Source: Candidatus Omnitrophota bacterium
GTDB taxonomy: Bacteria > Omnitrophota > Gorgyraeia > Gygaellales > Profunditerraquicolaceae
NCBI GenBank assembly: GCA_016208765.1
Contig: JACQXK010000009.1
Span: 118,255 to 182,254 of the forward strand
DNA length: 64,000 bases
Direction of reading: 5' to 3'
Shown one piece after another: positions 59,501 to 64,000 of the stretch (position 1 is the first letter of the stretch; every line of letters begins with the position of its first letter). The translations under genes and the position numbers were made by a program. The notes beneath the pieces were generated by a model. That model searched no databases. It saw only the letters and a list, made by a program, of their open reading frames with translations, and was not told where the DNA came from.

Positions 59501-61478
59501 AGAGCCTCATCCGGAAAGGGCAGGTTTTGGCAGAGGCGCAGAGCATCTGGCAGTCAGTCATCCGGGATTATTTAAAAATATCCTTTTCACATTAACAAGC
59601 GACGGACCGTTGGAAATGCCGAATTATGACCCTGACCGCTCATTTGTCGCGGTGGTCCCAGAAACATTAAAAAACCGCCAGCCCTATGCTTCGATATTGG
59701 AAACTCTTAGCAATATTGCCGGAAGAAAAGGCCGCGTCTTGGAAACAACAGAAGTTGGATTGGGGATGGGGGATTTTGCCCATTTCCCTGCCTCTGCAAA
59801 GGCTGAGATGCATATCCGGTCTCCTTACGAAGGTAACCACAGCAACGAGAGAGTGAAAATTGCAAACTTAATCGATCATATTGACTTATGGATAGCGATA
59901 TTATCGAGATTTGCTTGCGACATTCAGGATACCAAGACATCCGGCATAGCAAGAAAAACATCAGGAAATGAACCGGTAAGGGTACTTCGTGAATTTATTG
60001 TAAGTGAAGATAGCAGCCTTGTCTTGGCTGATGGCGCTAAACCGGGATTATACGAAATAACCGGAATCTTATCTGCTAAGCTGGATAAAGCAATAGCCGA
60101 GATTATGATAAGTCCTTTAGGATACAAACGCGGTCATGCGATTAAAAAAATCACTGTTGTTCAGGGCAATAACCGTTTAGCTGAGGCAGATACCATTAAC
60201 GGAAATATCATCTTGGATATCGATGCTTTTGAATCCGATAATTTATTAGCCTTAGAAATGGAACATGAGTTTTTGCATATTAAATTAGATAAAGAAAAGC
60301 AGATTCCGGAAGCCATAGAAGAAATTTCTGCTCTTCTTTTTGAGACAGTGCATTTTCTGTCGTTGGATCAGGCTAGGAGGCAGGAAATTATTGATGTAAT
60401 GGAAGCTGATAATGATATTGATGAACAGGGGTTTGTCAAAATACTTGAGAAGTTTGACATCAGCACTTTAGATCTCCAAATTTTAGTAGAAGACCTAATT
60501 AGTTATGTTAGAGATAGCGGTGTCTATCCAGCCCGGATAGCAAGTTACTTAGAAGGTAAAACAGCTAATCAAATACAAAATGAATTATATTATTCCATAA
60601 AGAACTATCCCGAGGATTTATTTATTGTAATGATAGACAGGCTGATTAGCATTGGCAAATCAGCCCGGGGTTTAATGGAAAATATTCTTCTGTTTCATAA
60701 TAGTATTGGTTTAGAAAAATATCCGGATATTATGGGCAAAAAATTAGTTATGTCTGATCCTTTTGCCAAAGTATTTTATGGTTTAGGCCAAGACGAAAGC
60801 TTAATCTTATCTCCGCAAGCCTTGTCAGTCTTAAATACTTTGATTTTAGATTATAACGGATTGACTTTGGATATCGATATAGATACTTTAATTGATGTTT
60901 CTACCGGTATGCCTAAATTAAAAGGCCTTGGTTTTAAAGAGGCGCTTGCTTCTTTATATCAGGCACAGGAGAAGAAAGAAATTCCTGCTAATTTACATGT
61001 CAGGTTGATTAATCTTAATCCTGATTTAAACAGAGCAAAAATCATTAAAACTTTAGGCTTAAGCGATGCTTTACTAAAAGGAATGGTGGAGATTCCGGAT
61101 ATTTCTCAGGATTATTTAACCAAAGGCCTTGAGATATATCTTGTTCCTGGATCCATCAGGATTGTCTATGAAGCTAATGCCAAATACTGGGGCGAAAAAA
61201 TAGACGTACTGGTGCAAAAGGGCAAAGAAACCGAAATTCTCTCCAGTCTCGGTTTAATCGTTGCCGCTCTTTCCAAGGAGCCGAAATTCTATCAAAGCCT
61301 TCCGCAGGAATTGAAAGAATATATATCCGCTTCAACCGATGATAAAGGAAATATTGTCTTAGACGACCAGAATAAGATTAAGCAGTTGATCTTTAAGCCG
61401 ATTGAGAGGACAAAGGTAGATACGCAGTATTTAGACCGTCTGGATAAAGCGAATAAAGAATTGGAAGGTATGGTATAA
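47586..61478 (+). CDS. giant 4630-aa modular exported/membrane protein (TPR, helical repeats, two DCT-motif domains, LysM, coiled coils, M20/M28 peptidase, HExxH)
   Basis: uninterrupted ORF; AYNSLG..YA TPRs; VEKGDT.WKIA...IRPGDRLVIP; AHMDTV/GADDKAG/AEEE; HEFLH. Confidence 0.88.
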   Translation: MLDWQKNNKLRAFIRTICVVLIITFLSYDLSWAGATEVFSPKNWCAAAKPKDFTSIEIPQELGVIKESYISKSNPHKLIIHIQDAHANVEAQENEAKLISYLKDKYSANLVSVEGGFGDFDAKFFREFPKDKKVRNKIARYFLSKSFISGTDYLLITDNSPPAVYGAEDKDLYSTHLAVFKDNQEIVSALNRSLGLLDNAVEALKDKFYSRDLRELDKKTSDFREGRLALEDYLSYLNIASIVNNLDLAGFPSLYRLITSGELERKINFDKAEAERQALIETLARTLERNELEELIKASLDFKSSKLSPADYYTYLEGLAKKSGIAAGSYNNLFTYIKYISLSSGLDNSRVFPEIDELAERLKEKLIASSGQKDIDKLCLMTRILKGLAEINLSPKEYEYFKKSRNDFTRKILAGLFGRYLNNSYVKNLPADDQILSLEKFYSLAHDRDKAIVENSLSRSDREYSANSVILVAGGFHTQGITSILKEKDISYLVIAPNLKTAQEKESTYFSLLKDKRIPLQDVLTDPDTLQIINSISDPQARKLLINYWVARASRYYSYEDLNVQLNRLALSDADKTAVNLALNEIPHQENMVVKESPASRGSSPVKTEKDFFRVISFVLSFGWAATAWADFGHVCHKAISGLQDLVTQPVVIISGICAGIGYMVYRIAKKIFNKGPAPMQRQPEAVPLEIMPPEVYAANRPMQNIMPPVPHVISRPAQNNLPAAAGEISEEIRRLGEFISQASSETLSRSFWPAGPFELPLPMPITEFERLPSDREKIVSILENMQRMMDWADETALHDFEKAVDNARDRTTQEALSGFDRLSNTQIHNLATSGYLAELQREFQQVIDNQAQLMIHSYTPSAQEQTLYVSEEMDQRYPRLPRYLKWLLGNNPGLESDPLIRDFLYAVEMRMMRIPPFPEMVREYSREALYKSLYLNPELAKRLILYLSNGVSEGAVFDEARTQELITQELAPAPEALPEPDIKKITAEKSELRSLEEACNQLTAKLNEQEELARKIEADLRELNESLEEARRQNDAIIIDALNPAAAGLSAKLEREKALLLKLQQEKTEYEDRIKKVKKDLGLDEGTTLYSSSPLTMGVVAVFAAMFGIPLYITKKIIGKYFTTTLAKVFGIGAGIATLIPGYYIYYASLKPQIEQVFVNFPEADWARLASFVIIWPISVIIGTLFGKIGEEVIHEALYDRANSAYKKKDFAKAADLINRAIELREKPEYYALLGDCRFEEKRINAAIEAYESASRLGSKNNLAYNSLGVLYAQTGNDAKAIENYKRSLELKPDNAVVLTNLGRVLHRKGQLLEAARALQRAQEIRPDLSVTEELNQILRQAAGTPKPQQPKDLDYIRTKKASLIIDREKSWLNQLNDKDVLGPLMFLGAVIGWVLGGLFLHYVPYGHHWNLGTSADPSWLGIAVWTGEIIGAPLAGVGLTMPIIWISDKITTFIRQVYRYIKFPHDYKIMQKINIKPSDELSDEDLKRAAPLFARLPKDYLEEIFRSWVEAGHDEKIPRLFKFDNWKSSKIQVYSDIGEYKKAIRAAVVKFTNSQAEQSSLTTEIDSQKERLAQKGIENSIRLLKDILPQVAEHSRTRQEFIYWLNLLVDLPVNVWNQGSKRVLDDFTDLREFKQVQEAVLKKFAHNPQEEERINKVIEKLKSKLNEDGFFSPAGILKTALDEVSKVSRDINEFIFWVNELTQFDKNLFSSGFGYSRRQTGDACLPALQNLVVYERTKEEAAKKFCKDDNEIKTLYQAADSLKKLLREQSFAGNFSILKDIILRVAEVSRSLTEYLDYIAVLKTFDKNIWRSTQTVLQALNNHIDYKKARENAAAKFTHNDSNRQRFLSDVDDLRNQLVQKGFPHASDLLKDVLPELTKTCRSSEEFVYWLGELVGLNPSVWHAGAHAVVSSFNDLAGFKQAKEMALDKLCASRQEKEELAKTIDGLKAKLEGKRPGCAGLFKDLILEILKDIDTLSNPSYRKNDFIWWLAMCVNFEPAVWHAGITQVLTGYRELKDYVRERRELSARFAANPEEEKRLSGAWDNLDKAANFARPASINLLKGALDKSAQISANPREFVFWVGTLSELNTEVLDIFCRDIETVFSYYKEKGKSRDFNHLPAALNQYYKTYHQIILITLDLLDILTEPGVDINARVEKASRYIVEQKIVRLGAPPNLIGLKDVVSFDQLLGIVGEGGFGGLLNYHWQEETTSYDDYGGYGESSYYDTNLQPIRLIVPKMGRDGMYSFWEAQQPPYYRQFQEETRGLAPGFRRPGEKFRVAYDDRVLNWSKEDIFQVMPIASDVEALQQLIRYLRMEWPNLYESFIEPKRDLIKDRFLEEFVTPDTVLKMSQQLLGKVQNWKFSDDERTVFLIKIMEIFAFSETADLRTRINNASEDFNKLRLVAEYWEKVLELILKHNWLQEKSKFYKSVAKIIKQRTATINDKLGNGSEGVMQFYLSGGTVADFFRGIVSCDCTKPGGQAFQNTLGTVVDPGFLLFKIIESGQWAGNIYSVIFKTKDGKFALFVDVFQINLGHPLVAQGDTWNKKRERFIAAFFQEFKSYLASQGFDYLIFANTHSSQKIGEYIHRELVKQSGRSSAESLSLKKPGGLAHLGEGALPVEFVQGVGNIAPGFQSVSGYKIALDKNTAQSAQQRKKKLDALTVLLKEAANEESRLSGVLRQAQKEFNQLNARGREAANSGKNSVAEALRKASEQKTLEINKVNYELQGIRQRMQQAQLEAGQIMGALGLPQARQDRTSSAVIGKFLLALPVVGALNLFLARSAQAQEPSFIEEFVRNPIGFFLTFLGGLGILWFIITKLFSEKEETLPYYDRSFPRRPIIEEYRLPEDVSDQLDRVLEKTSPNVASLIPKKIDIRLPHMSGISPNQAVKALRFIFTKLIKHNSILDFLKGQDFYKKFKDRTSELGLAGDFDQAQHSYFFTVKREKDPDVQYELSLSERNADSILSGIASGDCTSINSHAFSNTIPQFMLDPGFLVFKLLQDGKWVGNVYTIVAQKDNKPILIIDAVQLPVLGREWPAPAVELADKIVEKIIEYAQEQGFSAVLMSSFISNFSAVYKHFSLQYPVKAARIEKVGGFEHLKALGLWDDYVLCNEYLETFSPQWNYSSKTRVNPNNPEQTLLLRNIWEKARSLDETKEDPVPASSPIQSVLNKLKIAVLIGIVSLFILAMPHKANAAKFAITGTTPPQVVAVVEKGDTAWKIAGQAYKEVEGLGKGSYSANLQWKRIYEANPQLHHRPNNTLAPMYENGRHYEDDKHIVVNIRPGDRLVIPGQVNYETTGLQAPALQKPAVPEAGVSQPPVNVQQAEQEFSKLKEQTQTAQADLERLQKQRDELNRQIQELQNQLNDAREQSQALQPIEARRKALEDEAKQLEEKRARYAQEIVDLEKQYRDAQDNLAKVISEREKARAELEQLKQQVPQKQAELNRIREENERLEAQRKQIQDNLSRLQNQRGDLQKSIDQLNQERAELQRDLENLRQQIVEAKKILDEAKQKIQPVWKNVWDGLSLPARIGLILLFITGLGAIAAGIILIKRWHKFKELENKINRLREEAEDLDGQLTPLRAEKDDLVKMKEDTLAEKVRVEKEARKVSQQQTQLEADRGILTQESQDLQKQKEEIEKQKQGLAELDKQKQTVKDEITQLETQRDGLNQALAQAQEEVKKVQSQTQTQINALDDQLQEAREKYETSFAEIEEQKSKTQGELQGLLSEKTKAEGELNALAEKTALLAETQGTLLEGLQDLEKQQKATQENIELLRQEEAGLKDRAEKLRKVREIKPEVEGLAARARAISQEVNSLYLGEEGKARGVDAFVSLVQTKSHSGDEHQIREELKGILTSLGGKIILECGTANKQCGLKKNGGIVPQNLVVEFPGTGRFSKEPGFIINAHMDTVTHSTPEQMDVSDSAKGFFHKINGSFGADDKAGLLVQLEALRFMKDNYWDKGYDHRRIVFIITAEEEPHPERAGFGRGAEHLAVSHPGLFKNILFTLTSDGPLEMPNYDPDRSFVAVVPETLKNRQPYASILETLSNIAGRKGRVLETTEVGLGMGDFAHFPASAKAEMHIRSPYEGNHSNERVKIANLIDHIDLWIAILSRFACDIQDTKTSGIARKTSGNEPVRVLREFIVSEDSSLVLADGAKPGLYEITGILSAKLDKAIAEIMISPLGYKRGHAIKKITVVQGNNRLAEADTINGNIILDIDAFESDNLLALEMEHEFLHIKLDKEKQIPEAIEEISALLFETVHFLSLDQARRQEIIDVMEADNDIDEQGFVKILEKFDISTLDLQILVEDLISYVRDSGVYPARIASYLEGKTANQIQNELYYSIKNYPEDLFIVMIDRLISIGKSARGLMENILLFHNSIGLEKYPDIMGKKLVMSDPFAKVFYGLGQDESLILSPQALSVLNTLILDYNGLTLDIDIDTLIDVSTGMPKLKGLGFKEALASLYQAQEKKEIPANLHVRLINLNPDLNRAKIIKTLGLSDALLKGMVEIPDISQDYLTKGLEIYLVPGSIRIVYEANAKYWGEKIDVLVQKGKETEILSSLGLIVAALSKEPKFYQSLPQELKEYISASTDDKGNIVLDDQNKIKQLIFKPIERTKVDTQYLDRLDKANKELEGMV

Positions 61479-62696
61479 ATGCGCAAATTTGTATTTTGTT
61501 TGTATATAATTATTTTCCTTTCGTTGGGTATAGTTTATGCTATGGACTCAGGCGAGGATGATGCCAGCTCAGTTTATCTCTCCTCAATTGCCGTCAGCAG
61601 GACAGACGACGGATTTAATCATCTAAGATTCAAGCTTAAAGCCAGAAAATCAGGATTCTTTGAACCGATTATTGACATAAACAAGTCAGCGCAGAAGTCC
61701 CTGGAGTATTTCTTTATCGGTTTAGCTCTGCCTGATAGTGCCTTTTGGGTAAATCTTAATCCGCATGAGCCGGAAAGATTAATCGATCAGGACTTAGCTG
61801 ATACTGATTTAGGCAGAATAATGCTCAGTGCGGATTTAAGGTTAAAAGAGGATTTTGCGGAGTGCCTTAATCCGCAGACATCTCCAGTCGGCAGAGAATT
61901 CTGGAAGCGGGTTTACGAAAAAGCAAAAGAACTGGGCTATACAGATAAAATCCCTTTTACGAACAAACTCTGGATAATTCCCGATAAAGCCTTGGCAGTT
62001 GAATCCAGTAATCAGCTTTCGCTGGTTAATTGCAGCCTTAAAGTAGGATTTGGGCCCGTAGGCTCTTTACCATTAGATAATTTTATTTTGGGCCTGATGA
62101 AAGAGTTAATCGTTCCTTATATAGAGAAAAGAGTGAATGAATCTTATGCCTATGCGGATTTAAGGGAGGTCTATCATGCCTTAATCCTGAGCCGTTGGTA
62201 CAGGCAGAAATTTGGCGTTTTTCGGGGAAACCTTTGTCAAGCTGTCGGTTTTGAAACTCTTAGCGAAACAAACCAGGATTATCCCATTGAGAAAAATGAG
62301 GTTTATCAGGATTACCTGAATTCTTTTAAGAAGGGCAGGTATTCTTTTACGGAAAGAATACCTGAGTTAGACATGTTCGGAACGATTATCATTACGAGGA
62401 ATTATTTTAGCGGCGGAGTTGATTTTAAACGCATTGATCTTAGTTTAACCGATAAGCAAGGAGAGTCTGCGCAGGGAGAATTAACTTATACCTGCGATTT
62501 ATTTATTCCTGAAGGAATACAACATCCTTTAGCGTATGCAAAAGCAAATTTAGGACTGCTTAAAGGAGATATTTCAGGGATTGTTTTAGCGAAAAATTTA
62601 CCGGCAATCGTTCCGTTAAATCATCCTTCAGAGGATAGTCTGCGGAGTCTCGATTCCTGCGGAAAAATGGAGAGACTGGTTTTAAGCAAGCTTTAA
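61479..62696 (+). CDS. exported hypothetical partner of the giant protein
   Basis: signal peptide ending VYA; starts directly after the giant gene stop; FWVNL, ADLRLK, YFSGGVDF. Confidence 0.7.
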   Translation: MRKFVFCLYIIIFLSLGIVYAMDSGEDDASSVYLSSIAVSRTDDGFNHLRFKLKARKSGFFEPIIDINKSAQKSLEYFFIGLALPDSAFWVNLNPHEPERLIDQDLADTDLGRIMLSADLRLKEDFAECLNPQTSPVGREFWKRVYEKAKELGYTDKIPFTNKLWIIPDKALAVESSNQLSLVNCSLKVGFGPVGSLPLDNFILGLMKELIVPYIEKRVNESYAYADLREVYHALILSRWYRQKFGVFRGNLCQAVGFETLSETNQDYPIEKNEVYQDYLNSFKKGRYSFTERIPELDMFGTIIITRNYFSGGVDFKRIDLSLTDKQGESAQGELTYTCDLFIPEGIQHPLAYAKANLGLLKGDISGIVLAKNLPAIVPLNHPSEDSLRSLDSCGKMERLVLSKL

Positions 62697-62711
62697 AGCC
62701 TGTTAAAAAAT

Positions 62712-62903
62712 ATGAAGATTGATGAAGTGGCCGAATTATCAGGAGTTTCCATTACTACAGTTTCCCGTGTGATTAATAACCAGAAAGTTAACGAAGAAAC
62801 AAAGCTAAGGGTTTTGGCAGTAATCCGCAAACATAATTATAAGCCGAACCCTCATGCCCGGAACTTAGCCCGTAAGAGAAACGGCGAAGAACAAATTTTT
62901 TAA
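62712..62903 (+). CDS. stand-alone LacI-type HTH
   Basis: IDEVAELSGVSITTVSRVIN...YKPN..ARNL; no sugar-binding domain. Confidence 0.85.
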   Translation: MKIDEVAELSGVSITTVSRVINNQKVNEETKLRVLAVIRKHNYKPNPHARNLARKRNGEEQIF

Positions 62904-62941
62904 TTAAATTTTATGATTAGAAAGGGCTCCTCCAGCCTTTT

Positions 62942-64000
62942 CTAAACCGGGTCCAACATCCGGTAATGCCCTGCAGGAGAGAAACTCTTCTTGCAGGGCA
63001 TCTTTTTAGCTGGGAAGATGATAGAGAAGGTGGTTTTTGATCCAGACAGGCTTTCAGCGTAAATCTTACCCTTATGGTTTTCAATAATGCTCTTTACAAT
63101 AGCAAGTCCTAATCCGGAGCCTTTTTCCTTGGTTGTAAAGAATGGTTCAAATATTTTCGGAAGTAGATCCTGCGGAATCCCTGTGCCGGTATCTGAGATA
63201 ATAATCTTTATGCTTCCATTTTCCCTGGAAGTGGATATTTTCAACTCTTTTTCCGTTTCTTTATTATTGTGCATTGCCTGGATGCTGTTTAAGAAAAGGT
63301 TTAGAAAAACCTGCTCTAACTGTTGCGGGTCGCTGATAATCATCCCGCATTCAGGAGAATAATTTTTCTTAACATGTATTCTTTCTTTTGTTATTTCGTT
63401 CTCCAGCAGGCTTAATGTCGCATCAATAATCTCATGAAGATTAGTTTCTCTTAGATGCGCGCTTTTGGGATGCGCATAGAAGATTAACTGTTCAACAATA
63501 TGGTTGATCCGATCTACTTCTGAACCTACGATTCTTTGGAATTTGGCCCGGAATTCCGGGTTATCAAATTTTTTATTCATGTATTCAGTAAAGGTTTTAA
63601 TTGAAGCAAGCGGGTTTTTAATCTCATGGGCAATGCCTCCGGCAAGCCTTCCGATAGAAGCAAACTTTTCTGCTTCAAAAAGCTTATCTTTTGTTTCGGA
63701 GAGCTCTTCATATGCTTGGGCGTTTTCAATGGCCAGCGCAGCTTGGATAGACAAGGTGTTAAAAAGGCTCAGGTCTTCCTGCGTATACATATCTCCGGAA
63801 AGCTTCTCTCCTAAAAGCAGCAGTCCGATTAACCTTCCTTTTAAGAAACTCGGCACGCATAAACTGACATTGAAACGTTCCATTTCTTCGATAATTCTTG
63901 AGGCTTCCTGAGAATAGTTTTGTTTAACCATTAGTTTTAGTTCTTCGCAGACAATAGGGTCTTTGTTTTTAAGAAGATATTTGACCAGGGGATTCTGCCG
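62942..64000 (-). CDS. GAF sensor histidine kinase (5' part outside the window), paralog of 40393-42486
   Basis: LGEKLSGDMYT, AHEIKNPL, NLFLNS, DTGTGI, FFTTK, GSGLGL. Confidence 0.92.
   Translation of the reverse strand, partial: RQNPLVKYLLKNKDPIVCEELKLMVKQNYSQEASRIIEEMERFNVSLCVPSFLKGRLIGLLLLGEKLSGDMYTQEDLSLFNTLSIQAALAIENAQAYEELSETKDKLFEAEKFASIGRLAGGIAHEIKNPLASIKTFTEYMNKKFDNPEFRAKFQRIVGSEVDRINHIVEQLIFYAHPKSAHLRETNLHEIIDATLSLLENEITKERIHVKKNYSPECGMIISDPQQLEQVFLNLFLNSIQAMHNNKETEKELKISTSRENGSIKIIISDTGTGIPQDLLPKIFEPFFTTKEKGSGLGLAIVKSIIENHKGKIYAESLSGSKTTFSIIFPAKKMPCKKSFSPAGHYRMLDPV

Larger units (their letters stand above)
4116..64000. mobile_element. large integrative conjugative element; right end probably beyond the window
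   Basis: starts at the broken comM; T4SS, T4CP, relaxase and leading-region genes; no housekeeping genes afterwards; extent beyond ~35 kb is inferred. Confidence 0.7.

Noticed and set aside
1-64000. tRNA or rRNA genes
   Set aside because: None recognised by eye; a tRNAscan/Infernal run would be needed to exclude them.

Overview
Bacterial DNA; the gene content (giant multi-domain ORF, many small receiver proteins) suggests Omnitrophota/PVC, which is an inference. Bases 1-4.1 kb are host chromosome (folC, mnmE, folE, a REP-associated tyrosine transposase). They end in the 3' half of comM, cut just before its CPCG motif. Everything to the right looks like one large integrative conjugative element; neither its integrase nor the 5' half of comM is in the window. 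The element has five parts. (i) 4.4-28 kb: an F-like T4SS (TraG/L/E/K/B/V/C/U/F/H-like, VirB2-type pilin, coupling protein, replication-relaxation/MOBC-like relaxase) with an embedded type IV pilus cassette whose third pilin is fused to a phage tail-collar domain. (ii) 29.3-34.7 kb: a leading-region-like block in which two ~330-bp covarying fold-back repeats precede SpoVG, a complete Ubl-E2-E1-JAB ubiquitin-like operon, and small orphan genes. (iii) A near-perfect 141-bp inverted repeat (5880-6020 / 32687-32827) containing a hairpin and a G-quadruplex-type tract. (iv) 35-46 kb: a KS/CLF + acyl-ACP reductase + ACP + desaturase cluster joined to a membrane sensor kinase and an output-less phosphorelay, possibly lipid-signal quorum sensing. 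(v) 47.6-61.5 kb: a 4630-aa protein built like a polyprotein, with S-S-P linkers followed by internal signal peptides. All calls come from reading motifs by eye; no database searches were run.
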